DNA of 35,857 bases from Anaerolineae bacterium (GCA_026985975.1 JALSPL010000327.1:1-35857); one strand, 5' to 3'; shown: positions 1 through 7,652, counted from the first letter of the stretch. Notes: generated by a model from the sequence alone, not told the origin. Translations and numbers: made by a program.

Positions 1-1307
1 GTCATTTCCAGCACCCGGGCCATGCTGTCGCCGCTGATCAGCTTCAGCAAATGCGCCTCGTACAGCAACTTGGAGAGCCGGGGCGGGCCCAGGATCTCGA
101 AGGCGATGCTCTCCACGCCATGCTCCCGCTGCAAATGTCGCATCCGGGCCAGCGCGCCTTCCCGCAGCACGCCCGCCCGATAGGTCGGCCCCAGCACCGA
201 TTGATCCAGGGCGCTGATGACATCGAAACCGGTATTGCCGCCCTGGATCTCCATGACGATGTAGTGGGCGATCTCCTCGGGCGTCACATACTCCATCTGA
301 TTGAGCGAGGTGATGGTGGAGAACTCCTCCAGGGCGAAGAGGCCGTTCTCGCCCGTGTCCACATACACGTTCTCCAGCACCTCGCCCGTGGGCTGGCCGA
401 AATCGCCTTCGCCGGACAACGCTTCGTCCAGGGGGTAAGCCTCCTCGGGCGGACAATCGTACAACTCGATAGGGCGGCCGCGGCGCTTGATGGGCCCGTA
501 ACCTATCTGCGCCCAGCCGATGGCCGCAGTGGGCTTGATCTCCTTGACCACCTTGCGGGTGGGCGGGGTGCGGGCCAGCAGGAACATGAGCAGGCTGTGC
601 GCGCCCGCCAACGCCGATTTGGAAAGCAGCATGGATGAGGGCTTCTCCTCGCCGTGGGTGTAGGGGATGTTCAGGCCCATGCCGCCGGTGCCGCTGGTGC
701 CCACCTTGAGATAAACCCGCACGCCCTGCCAATGCTCGCCCGAGAACTTCATCACCTCGTTCAGCACCTGGATATGCCGCACCAGATGCGGAATGTAGGT
801 GCGCAGCACGTGCTGCTCGGCCACTTCCAGATGCTTCTGCGGGTCCGAATCGCGCATGGCGTCCAGCAACTCGTGGCTGCTGGCGTAGATATTCTGATAC
901 GCGAACGCGGTGGCCGTGTTGATACAATCGATGATGCCATCCGGTTCGTATTGCCGCACAAAGCGGGCCAGAGTGGCGTTTTTCAGCATATCATCCTTGC
1001 GCTCCCCCACCATCGGTTGCAACAAATCAGAAATCAATTGCTGTCTGATTTCTCCATCCGCCAACATCTCCCCCCAACTCATATCTTTGTACGCCCACCG
1101 CACGAAGATATTGCCCCAACAGGCGCTGATGCGGGCGCCATCGGGCGCTTCTCGGGCCAACAACGCCGCCGTCGCCTCGGCGCTGGCCTGATCGATGGAT
1201 GCAATCACCAGATGTGCTGGCCGATGCGCCAACAGGCGTCGGGAGATAGCTTTGCCGACCTGCCCGGCGCCGCCAAGAATCAAGAATGTACGTCCTTGAA
1301 TTTCCAT
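1..1307 (-). CDS. NAD(P)-binding Rossmann-fold protein of unrecognised family (3' end lies beyond the window start)
   Basis: Absent from the ORF track because no stop lies in the window. The reverse complement from ATG at 1307-1305 reads MEIQGRTFLILGGAGQVGKAISRRLLAHRPAHLVIAS... (GxGxxG dinucleotide-binding fold). GGAGGA Shine-Dalgarno (rc of 1313-1318) sits 5 nt upstream. No minus-strand stop triplets (tta/cta/tca in register) were found where I checked by hand (3-360), and third positions are G/C-rich. The + strand ORFs 51..638 and 654..1328 are its antisense shadow. Confidence 0.75.
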   Translation of the reverse strand, partial: MEIQGRTFLILGGAGQVGKAISRRLLAHRPAHLVIASIDQASAEATAALLAREAPDGARISACWGNIFVRWAYKDMSWGEMLADGEIRQQLISDLLQPMVGERKDDMLKNATLARFVRQYEPDGIIDCINTATAFAYQNIYASSHELLDAMRDSDPQKHLEVAEQHVLRTYIPHLVRHIQVLNEVMKFSGEHWQGVRVYLKVGTSGTGGMGLNIPYTHGEEKPSSMLLSKSALAGAHSLLMFLLARTPPTRKVVKEIKPTAAIGWAQIGYGPIKRRGRPIELYDCPPEEAYPLDEALSGEGDFGQPTGEVLENVYVDTGENGLFALEEFSTITSLNQMEYVTPEEIAHYIVMEIQGGNTGFDVISALDQSVLGPTYRAGVLREGALARMRHLQREHGVESIAFEILGPPRLSKLLYEAHLLKLISGDSMARVLEM

Positions 1308-1646
1308 ATCTGTCCTCCATTGGACTGACTTATTGGGTTGATGATGACATTTCAATCATACCACGATCGCCCCGCCCGCGCACATTCTCCGGCATTCCGA
1401 GGGCGGAAACAGATCCGTTTCAAAATGGGGGCGCGTCCATTTGCGTCCTCAGACCCGGCTGCGTCCACCGATTGAAATCAGGGCCACGGGCCGTTGGCCG
1501 CACATCGATCTGCACCGACGTTTTCCCCAGCTTTTGGACACGATAGAATCGTTCCCGCAGGGGGACGAGCGGCGGAACGCCTCCAGTTCCGAATTCATTC
1601 GGCAAGTTGCCCCCAAATTGAACCACACCCGTCGGGAGCATGAAGT

Positions 1647-1675
1647 TTGACATCGACAGCATTTTATTGCAAAAT
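1647..1675 (+). promoter_or_regulatory. candidate sigma70-type promoter for the FHA gene
   Basis: TTGACA (1647-1652) - 17 nt - CAAAAT (1670-1675). Good -35 but weak -10. Pattern match only. Confidence 0.25.
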
Positions 1676-1686
1676 CAGAATAAGCG

Positions 1687-2232
1687 ATGTTTTCCCCCAC
1701 CTTCATTTCGCGACATCGTTCCCCCATGCCTCATCTCAAACTGACCGCCCAACAAACCGTGCCACTTCAACGCGCGTCCTTCACCATTGGCTCCGATCCC
1801 ACCTGCGATTTGCCGCTCAGCGGGCGAAACGTCTTGCCGCGTCATCTCATCCTGCAATCGCGCGGCGATAGCTGGCAGGCGGCGACGCTGGCGCTACGCG
1901 CCCCGGTCTTCATCAACGACCGCCCGCTGACATCCCTCACCTTGCTGCAGGATGGCGACCGCATTCGGGTGGGCGATGTGACATTCATCTGGAAGGAGCA
2001 ACAGGCGCCCGCCCAGACCGGCCCGTGGAAAGGACTGCTGCTGATCTTTCTGGCGGTGATGACCGCGATGAGCGCCCTGTTAGCCTGGTTCAGCTTCAAT
2101 CATGTACAGCCGCCGCCCCCGCCCATGGCCATCACCACGCCCGCTCCCGAATCGGGCCTGCACCCACTGTTCGAGGGCGTCAGCCCGGAAGGCCATCCGA
2201 TTTACAAGATCACACTGCCGCCGGCGCCCTGA
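1687..2232 (+). CDS. FHA-domain protein with one C-terminal-half transmembrane helix and a Pro-rich tail
   Basis: The ORF translation contains the FHA signature: FTIGSDPTCDLPL..RHLIL...INDRPL...LQDGDRIRVGDVTFIW. A hydrophobic helix (LLLIFLAVMTAMSALLAWF) and a PPPPP tract follow. The ATG at 1726 (MPHLKL...) is an equally plausible start; no clear SD precedes either. Confidence 0.8.
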   Translation: MFSPTFISRHRSPMPHLKLTAQQTVPLQRASFTIGSDPTCDLPLSGRNVLPRHLILQSRGDSWQAATLALRAPVFINDRPLTSLTLLQDGDRIRVGDVTFIWKEQQAPAQTGPWKGLLLIFLAVMTAMSALLAWFSFNHVQPPPPPMAITTPAPESGLHPLFEGVSPEGHPIYKITLPPAP

Positions 2233-2245
2233 TGGCTGTACAGCG

Positions 2246-3694
2246 TCAGGATGACGGTCGGCCGGGCAGCAGTTGCAGAAGCATCTGCACAAAATCAAGA
2301 GAGAGCAGTCGCAGCAAGATGGCGGCTCCCAAATAAAGCGTTGCGGCAGCCGCCGAAGCCGCCAGAGCCAGCAAAAAGTTTGGGGGGACGATATTTCGGG
2401 CCAATAGAAAAGGGATCGCCAGCAGAAAAAGGCAGAGGAGCTTGAGCCAGGGAAATCGCAGGGCGTGACGCACCTGAGCGAAGAGCAGAAGCGCATACAC
2501 ATTCAGGCCAGCGGTCAGCGCCCAGGCTGTGCCCACTGCGCCGTAGCGCGGGGTCATAAACAACGCGCCGCCCCAGAAAACCACAGCGCCCGCCAGGATG
2601 GCCAGCAATTTCACACGCGGGCTCTGGTGCACGGCCGCGGCCACCGTGCCCACGCCCACCAGCACCAACGCCGGCAGCGAAAGCAGCATCACCCGCAACA
2701 CCGTAGCCGCCTCCACATAATCGCCGCCCAGGATAAAGGGCAAAATCCAGTCGGCGGTGTATTGCACGGCGATGACGGCAACGATGGCCAACGCTGCGCC
2801 CCATTGCGTCAGCACTTGCAGCCAGCGCCCCACCCGCTCCTGCTGTCCCCCCTCATGGAATTCGGTGACAGTGGGCAGAAAGGAACGAATCAATTGATCG
2901 ATGATGGTGAAAATCAGAAAGAAAACAGTCAGCGCCAGATCATAAAAAGACACCTGCGCCGATTGACCCGTCATCAATTGCACCATCAGCGTGCCGGTGC
3001 GGAAAAGCAAGATCAGACCCACATTGGTGGCCCAAAAGCCCAATCCCATGCGCAAATAGGGCTTGAGGAAAGAAAGATGCGGCTTCAGCGCCCGCCAACT
3101 GAACCAGTCGCGGGTCCACCACAGGGCCAGCGCCAGATAGATCACTTCATTGGCGGCGTAGGCGGTCATCTGGGCCGTCACGCTCCATTTTCCCGCCAAC
3201 AACACCAGGGGCAACTGCGTCATCAATCGCCACGACAGCTCCATGGCCCATTTGCCCATCTCTTTGCGGGCGTATAGCAGATGAAAACTGCTCCAGGAGA
3301 TGATGTGCAGGCCCGCTGACGCCGCAATCAAGAAAGATGGCCATCCCCGCAGCCAGGGCGCGATCATCGGCCCCACCACCAGCATCAGCGGGATCAGCGA
3401 CAAGGCGATGATGAGACGCAGAATGAAGGCCTGCCCAAAAAGCTCACGCGCTGCGTCCGGCGCTTTTTCCGAAAGGGGAGGAATGTGCCGCCCGAACACC
3501 TCCAACCCGCCCAGATCGCCCACCCACCACAGCAGCAGCGAGATAGACATGGCCAGCGCAAACCGACCATAGTGCTCCGGCCCCATCCATCTGGGAACGA
3601 TAATCGCCCACAACGCCCCTCCCATCAATTGAATGACCTTGTTGAGGGTGATCAAGGAGAGATTGCGGCCCATTTTGCGGGCTTCAACGGTCAT
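2246..3694 (-). CDS. MOP-superfamily polysaccharide/oligosaccharide flippase (Wzx/MurJ-like), polytopic membrane protein
   Basis: About 12-14 hydrophobic helices and a typical N-terminus (RNLSLITLNKVIQLMGGALWAIIVPRWMGPEHYGRFAL). The track ORF 2246..3871 runs through tRNA-Leu and a terminator hairpin (3734-3760). The real start must therefore be ATG 3694 (MTVEARK) or ATG 3673 (MGRNL). Confidence 0.7.
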   Translation of the reverse strand: MTVEARKMGRNLSLITLNKVIQLMGGALWAIIVPRWMGPEHYGRFALAMSISLLLWWVGDLGGLEVFGRHIPPLSEKAPDAARELFGQAFILRLIIALSLIPLMLVVGPMIAPWLRGWPSFLIAASAGLHIISWSSFHLLYARKEMGKWAMELSWRLMTQLPLVLLAGKWSVTAQMTAYAANEVIYLALALWWTRDWFSWRALKPHLSFLKPYLRMGLGFWATNVGLILLFRTGTLMVQLMTGQSAQVSFYDLALTVFFLIFTIIDQLIRSFLPTVTEFHEGGQQERVGRWLQVLTQWGAALAIVAVIAVQYTADWILPFILGGDYVEAATVLRVMLLSLPALVLVGVGTVAAAVHQSPRVKLLAILAGAVVFWGGALFMTPRYGAVGTAWALTAGLNVYALLLFAQVRHALRFPWLKLLCLFLLAIPFLLARNIVPPNFLLALAASAAAATLYLGAAILLRLLSLDFVQMLLQLLPGRPSS

Positions 3695-3733
3695 GGTCTG
3701 AGTCACGGATGAGAAGGAGAGCAGCGCTCCCAC

Positions 3734-3760
3734 AAAAAAGCCCGGCTCGAAAAGCCAGGC
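3734..3760 (-). terminator. Rho-independent terminator after tRNA-Leu
   Basis: The minus strand reads GCCTGGC-ttttcga-GCCGGGC followed by TTTTTT. This is a 7-bp stem (one G-U) plus a U6 tract. Confidence 0.7.
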
Positions 3761-3783
3761 GGTGTACATCGTCAGAAGAAAAG

Positions 3784-3869
<86 letters not shown>

Positions 3870-3906
3870 AATAGGGAACGATGCAGCGCTTTGCGTGGAT
3901 AGCAAA

Positions 3907-3935
3907 ATGATAACAGCCCCGGGCGCGATGGTCAA
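3907..3935 (-). promoter_or_regulatory. sigma70-type promoter for tRNA-Leu
   Basis: On the minus strand: TTGACC (rc of 3930-3935) - 17 nt - TATCAT (rc of 3907-3912). It lies ~38 nt upstream of the mature tRNA 5' end. Confidence 0.55.
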
Positions 3936-3952
3936 GAATAGAGGCCGGGGAC

Positions 3953-3984
3953 AAAAAAGAACGCCAGGAGCAAGCCCGGCGTCC
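3953..3984 (-). terminator. Rho-independent terminator after tRNA-Cys
   Basis: The minus strand reads GGACGCCGGG-cttgct-CCTGGCGTTC followed by TTTTTT. This is a 10-bp stem with two G-U pairs. Confidence 0.7.
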
Positions 3985-3990
3985 GAAAAG

Positions 3991-4062
3991 AGGCGACGGC
4001 GGGATTCGAACCCGCGATGGAGGTTTTGCAGACCTCTGCCTTAACCACTTGGCTACGTCGCC
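3991..4062 (-). tRNA. tRNA-Cys (anticodon GCA), no encoded CCA
   Basis: rc reads GGCGACG-TA-GCCAAGTGGTTAAGGC-A-GAGGT-CTGCAAA-ACCTC-CATC-GCGGG-TTCGAAT-CCCGC-CGTCGCC-T. All stems are complementary, and the U73 discriminator is typical of Cys. Confidence 0.92.
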
Positions 4063-4072
4063 ATACAGGAGT

Positions 4073-4102
4073 ATTTTACGTCAGATTCAGCGTAATTGTC
4101 AA
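4073..4102 (-). promoter_or_regulatory. sigma70-type promoter for tRNA-Cys
   Basis: On the minus strand: TTGACA (rc of 4097-4102) - 18 nt - TAAAAT (rc of 4073-4078). The -10 ends 10 nt before the tRNA 5' end. Confidence 0.6.
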
Positions 4103-4148
4103 AACAAATCCGGCTCAACTGGATCTCACGGGGTCAGTTCAAACTCCT

Positions 4149-4228
4149 GACAAAGATTGACGAATGTTGACGAAAATAGACGAATTTCTTCGTCAACCTT
4201 CGTCCTTTCGTCAATTTTCGTCGGCATC
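4149..4228. repeat. 80-nt phased-hexamer inverted-repeat element, copy A
   Basis: GACGAA occurs at 4159, 4169 and 4179, an exact 10-bp phase. Inverted TTCGTC follows at 4189, 4199, 4207 and 4217. About 80% identical by eye to 11960-12039, in the same orientation. Confidence 0.85.
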
Positions 4229-4347
4229 CTGGATGACAGAGGATTCTGACAAGCTTCACTCCCTGAAATCCAAAAGAGCCACAAATCCCGCATTGCGTCA
4301 AAGACCCCGAAGGCTGTTCGGCCCCGGGGTCCCGGACGCAGGGAGCG

Positions 4348-4377
4348 CAACGCCCGGGGCGCAAAACCCGGGCGTTG
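4348..4377 (-). terminator. GC-rich hairpin downstream of the PPIase gene (putative terminator, no U tract)
   Basis: CAACGCCCGGG (4348-4358) / CCCGGGCGTTG (4367-4377). The 11-bp perfect stem begins 10 nt past the stop codon. Confidence 0.45.
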
Positions 4378-4386
4378 TCATTGTCA

Positions 4387-6003
4387 TCAGGATGCGGGCG
4401 TGGCCGCTGGCTGCTCCGCCGGAGGCGTGGGTTGGGCGGGCTGCTGCTGAAGCTGAATCGACAGATCCCGCACCACCTGTTGCAGATCAGCAGGCAGTGG
4501 CGGAATCATCTCGGGCGTCAGGCTCTTGGTGACGTCGGCGGCGGCCACCTGGGCGCTCAACCAATCGTTGAACGCCTGTTGGCGGCGGGTTTCCATCTCT
4601 TTCTCGTCCACCTGATGCTCGGGATCTTTCTCCTCCACCTGGATGATGGCGTAGCCATCGTTCATCTTGACGGGACCGCCAATCTGGCCCGGATCCAGCG
4701 AGAAGGCGACTTCGTCGAAGGCGTCGCCCATCTGGCCTTTGAACACCCAGCCCAGATCGCCGCCCTTCTCGGCGGTGGCCTCGTCATCAGAGACCTCTTT
4801 GGCCACGGTGGCGAAATCCTCGCCGCCCTCGATGCGGGCCTTGACTTCTTCCGCCTTTTTCAGGGCGTCGGCGTCGGCCTTATCGATGGCGTCCTGATCG
4901 GGCGAACGATCGACGCGAATCAGGATATGACGGGCGCAGACTTGTTCTTGATCGGGCTTGGCGTCGTAAACCTGAATGATGTGATAGCCGAAATCTGTCT
5001 TGACGGGCTGGCTGATTTCACCCTTCTCCAGTGCAAAGGCGGCCTTTTCGAACTCGGGCACCATCTGGCCCTTGCCGAAACAGCCCAGATCACCGCCATT
5101 GGGCGCGCTGCCAGGGTCCTCGGACACTTCTTTGGCCACAGTGGCGAAATCCTCGCCATCATCCACGATACGCTTACGAGCATCCATGATCGCCTTGAGA
5201 GCGTCAGCCTCGCGTTTGACCAGGGGCACTTCCGGCTCGGGCTTGATAAGGATGTAGCGCGCTTTCACGGCCTCGGCCGTTTTGTCGAATTCCAGCGGCG
5301 CGTTCTGTTGCAGTTTATCTTTCATCAAGAAGGTGGCGAAAAGATCGCGAAATTCCTCCTCGGTCAGACTGCCCTTGTTGGCCATGTTCTGTACATAATC
5401 ATTGTAACGTTGCGTGAATTCGTCCTCGGTCATGGCGGGCTTCGTATTGGTCACGGTGTCCGAAGCGCCGGCGTTGGCCTGATCCGCCTCGCGATCATAA
5501 CCGAATTGGCGCTCGATCTCAGCCTGCACTTCTTCGGGCGTGACCGTGGCGTCATATTGCGGCGCCAGTTGATGCACGACAGTCTCTTCGATCATCCTGT
5601 CCAGGACGGTGTAAGCAAGCTGTTGGGGATCGGACAGTTGATTGTAAAGCGGTTGAATGCTGGAAATAAAGGGATTGGGCCCGCCATTCGCAAACTGCTC
5701 GCCAAATTGCAGATATTGGTTGATCTGGGAAACCAGGTTGTCCTGCTCGAAACGCAGACGCCGCTTGAAAGCCTCCTGGGATATCTTATCGCCATTGACA
5801 ACAGCCACCGGTTTGTTGGGCTTGAGCACATATTCATTGATAGCGCCCACTGCGATAAGAATTGCGACCAACGCCAGCACAATGCCCAAACCCAAATAAA
5901 TGCGACGCTGGATTTCCTGCTCGTGGCGGCGACGGCTGGCGTGACGCCGCGGCTGCTCGTGCTTGAGATCGGCAGGCTTTTTCTCTTTCGTCTTTTTTGC
6001 CAT
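4387..6003 (-). CDS. membrane-anchored peptidyl-prolyl cis-trans isomerase with SurA/PpiD-like N-domain and two parvulin (PpiC) domains
   Basis: A basic N-terminus is followed by a TM helix (IYLGLGIVLALVAILIAVGAI). There are two rotamase modules: ARYILIK...GGDLGCFGKGQMVPEFEKAAFAL...FGYHIIQV and ARHILIR...GGDLGWVFKGQMGDAFDEVAFSL...DGYAIIQV. The start is taken at ATG 6003 (MAKKTKEKK) with GAGGT 7 nt upstream. The track start at 6042 would lie inside a terminator hairpin. Confidence 0.85.
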   Translation of the reverse strand: MAKKTKEKKPADLKHEQPRRHASRRRHEQEIQRRIYLGLGIVLALVAILIAVGAINEYVLKPNKPVAVVNGDKISQEAFKRRLRFEQDNLVSQINQYLQFGEQFANGGPNPFISSIQPLYNQLSDPQQLAYTVLDRMIEETVVHQLAPQYDATVTPEEVQAEIERQFGYDREADQANAGASDTVTNTKPAMTEDEFTQRYNDYVQNMANKGSLTEEEFRDLFATFLMKDKLQQNAPLEFDKTAEAVKARYILIKPEPEVPLVKREADALKAIMDARKRIVDDGEDFATVAKEVSEDPGSAPNGGDLGCFGKGQMVPEFEKAAFALEKGEISQPVKTDFGYHIIQVYDAKPDQEQVCARHILIRVDRSPDQDAIDKADADALKKAEEVKARIEGGEDFATVAKEVSDDEATAEKGGDLGWVFKGQMGDAFDEVAFSLDPGQIGGPVKMNDGYAIIQVEEKDPEHQVDEKEMETRRQQAFNDWLSAQVAAADVTKSLTPEMIPPLPADLQQVVRDLSIQLQQQPAQPTPPAEQPAATPAS

Positions 6004-6036
6004 TACTTTTACCTCAACAAGGGGATAAATAAAGCA

Positions 6037-6063
6037 AGGCATAGGAAATCAGCTCCTATGCCT
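6037..6063 (-). terminator. Rho-independent terminator-like hairpin between rpsR and the PPIase gene
   Basis: The minus strand reads AGGCATAGG-agctgattt-CCTATGCCT followed by TGCTTTATTTAT. Confidence 0.5.
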
Positions 6064-6085
6064 CACGCATCTGTCGAAAATCAAT

Positions 6086-6105
6086 GATGATTGGATCCAA
6101 TCATC
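6086..6105. other. perfect 20-bp palindrome GATGATTGGATCCAATCATC just downstream of rpsR
   Basis: Self-complementary over all 20 nt. It is flanked by AAAAA/TTTTT, so it could act as a bidirectional terminator or a protein-binding site. Confidence 0.6.
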
Positions 6106-6132
6106 TTTTTACTACTGGCCGTTTGGCGAGCC

Positions 6133-6507
6133 TCAGGAGCCGAAACGACGGATGTGCTCGGCAGTGTAGGGCAGCAAGGCCAGGAAGCGGGCCCGCTTGA
6201 TGGCGATGGCCAGGCGCCGCTGATGCTTGGCGCAAACGCCGGTGCGGCGACGGCTCAACATTTTGCCGTAAGGGCTGATGTAGGGCAGCAATAGCTCCGG
6301 CTTCTTGTAATCGATGTAATCGGTCTTTTCCACGCAGAACTGGCACACCCTGGCCCGGCGGGTGCGGGATTGGCGGCTGCGGGGAGCGGGACGGGAGCGC
6401 TGCGGCGAATAGGAGCGCCGTGCAGGTGCGGCGGGCGCAGCTTGCTGCTCGGGGGCGGCGGCAGCGGGAGTTTCTTCGGAAATGGGTTGTTTTTGTTCTT
6501 CTGCCAT
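6133..6507 (-). CDS. rpsR: 30S ribosomal protein S18 with ~50-aa Ala/Pro/Arg/Gln-rich N-terminal extension
   Basis: The C-terminal 70 aa carry the S18 signature: CQFCVEKTDYIDYKKPELLLPYISPYGKMLSRRRTGVCAKHQRRLAIAIKRARFLALLPY. GAGGT lies 8 nt upstream of the ATG. The rpsF-ssb-rpsR gene order is conserved. Confidence 0.93.
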   Translation of the reverse strand: MAEEQKQPISEETPAAAAPEQQAAPAAPARRSYSPQRSRPAPRSRQSRTRRARVCQFCVEKTDYIDYKKPELLLPYISPYGKMLSRRRTGVCAKHQRRLAIAIKRARFLALLPYTAEHIRRFGS

Positions 6508-6576
6508 CTGTATTTACCTCGTCAATCAGGTTAAACGCCCGAAAAGGCGCTGTGTTTATCAAAAAATAGTCGTGCG

Positions 6577-6981
6577 TTAGAAGGGAAGATCGGGGCCTTC
6601 ATCCTCATCTGCAAAGGATGAAGCATCCGGGCGCTGGGAGCTGTGGTTACGCTGATCCAGAATGAGCATTTCATTGGCCACAATCTCTGTGCGATAATGC
6701 CGACAGCCGTTTTCATCATCCCAGCTTCGAGACTGCAAATGCCCTTCGACATACACGCGGGAGCCTTTGCGCAGAAACTGGTTGCAGATCTCGGCAAGAT
6801 TATTCCACGAGACCACGTTGAACCACTCGGTCGCTTCGCGACGATCGCCGTCGGAGGTGACCCAGGTGCGGCTGGTGGCGACGCTGAAAGTGGTAACCGG
6901 CTTGCCGCCAGATGTGTAACGCATCTCGGGATCGCGCCCAAGATTGCCGATAATCATCACTTTGTTCAAGCTCCTGGTCAT
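6577..6981 (-). CDS. ssb: single-stranded DNA-binding protein
   Basis: The OB-fold N-terminus reads LNKVMIIGNLGRDPEMRYTSGGKPVTTFSVATSR...WFNVVSWNNLAEIC...GSRVYVEGHLQSRSW. The acidic tail ends in DEGPDLPF. Start is ATG 6981 with GAGGAAGG upstream; the 13 extra codons of the track ORF were rejected. Confidence 0.93.
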   Translation of the reverse strand: MTRSLNKVMIIGNLGRDPEMRYTSGGKPVTTFSVATSRTWVTSDGDRREATEWFNVVSWNNLAEICNQFLRKGSRVYVEGHLQSRSWDDENGCRHYRTEIVANEMLILDQRNHSSQRPDASSFADEDEGPDLPF

Positions 6982-7067
6982 TTTTACCTTCCTCACTAAA
7001 CGCTTGGTTACGAGACCCACTCACTCAACAGCGGGCAATTTAGTGGTCATCTAAAAATAACTTCCCT

Positions 7068-7166
7068 TTCTACGTCATTTCGACGAGCGAAGCGAGGAGA
7101 AATCTCCCCGGTTGCAAGCGTCCCCCCTTCCGCAAGGGGATGTTTTCGCTTCGACATGACGTAAGA
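7068..7166. repeat. nested inverted-repeat (multi-hairpin) element inside the rpsF-ssb spacer
   Basis: The outer arms are TACGTCAT..TCGA..GCGAAGCGA (7071-7095) and TCGCTTCGACATGACGTA (7145-7163). The inner hairpins are GGAG-aaat-CTCC (7096-7107) and CCCCTT-ccgc-AAGGGG (7124-7139). Confidence 0.75.
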
Positions 7167-7212
7167 AAAGTGTGTTGATTTGGGAAAAGGGAGATAATCC
7201 TTAGACGTTCAC

Positions 7213-7503
7213 TTAGCGATCTTGTTTGCGAATAATCAACTGACGGATGATGTCCTCGCTAATGCCCATGGCCCGAGTGAGCTCAGACACTTTGGAGCCA
7301 TCCATTTTGAAATCGAACTGGATGTAGGTGGCTTCCAGTTGTTTTTGGATAGGATAGGCCAACTTGCGTCGTCCCCAGGGAACCGCCTGGATTTCCTCCC
7401 CTCCCAGGGATTGAATGTGCTCTTGCAGCCATTGAGAGGCTTTTTCGACGCCTTCCTCATCCAGATTCGGATGGAAAAGAGTCACCATTTCGTACTCAGT
7501 CAT
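7213..7503 (-). CDS. rpsF: 30S ribosomal protein S6
   Basis: MTEYEMVTLFHPNLDEEG...VPWGRRKLAYPIQKQLEATYIQFDF is a typical S6. Start is ATG 7503 with a GGAG SD (AAAAGGAGAAAAATCT-ATG). The upstream 40 codons of the track ORF are 5'-UTR. Confidence 0.93.
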   Translation of the reverse strand: MTEYEMVTLFHPNLDEEGVEKASQWLQEHIQSLGGEEIQAVPWGRRKLAYPIQKQLEATYIQFDFKMDGSKVSELTRAMGISEDIIRQLIIRKQDR

Positions 7504-7622
7504 AGATTTTTCTCCTTTTCTATGGATTGAATAGTCACAGGTCAACCTCGAAAGCGAGGGGCCCATGACAGAAAAGATTTTCAAGGGAACAGATGTATCC
7601 CTTTTTTCGTGACAACCGAACA

Positions 7623-7652
7623 ATTATGCCACAAAAAAGCGCCCTCTCACAA
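7623..7652 (-). promoter_or_regulatory. candidate promoter of the rpsF-ssb-rpsR operon
   Basis: On the minus strand: TTGTGA (rc 7647-7652) - 18 nt - CATAAT (rc 7623-7628). This would give a ~110-nt leader containing the hairpins GGGA..TCCC and CCTCG-cttt-CGAGG (7547-7560). Confidence 0.4.

Noticed and set aside
51-1328. + strand ORFs 51..638 and 654..1328.
   Set aside because: They share a codon register with, and are antisense to, a minus-strand gene that has a Rossmann motif, an SD and G/C-rich third positions. The + translations are His/Leu/Gly/Arg-rich and featureless.
4126-4364. Small minus-strand ORFs over the GACGAA element: 4126..4350 and 4134..4364, and likewise 11872..12075.
   Set aside because: The similarity between the two copies is at nucleotide level, with indels that shift the frame. 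The peptide resemblance (KIDERTKVDE / KIDQRTKIDE) is a by-product of the hexamer repeat.
4375-6087. 570-aa + strand ORF.
   Set aside because: The opposite strand encodes an unmistakable two-parvulin PPIase. The + ORF has no motifs and spans the terminator hairpins.
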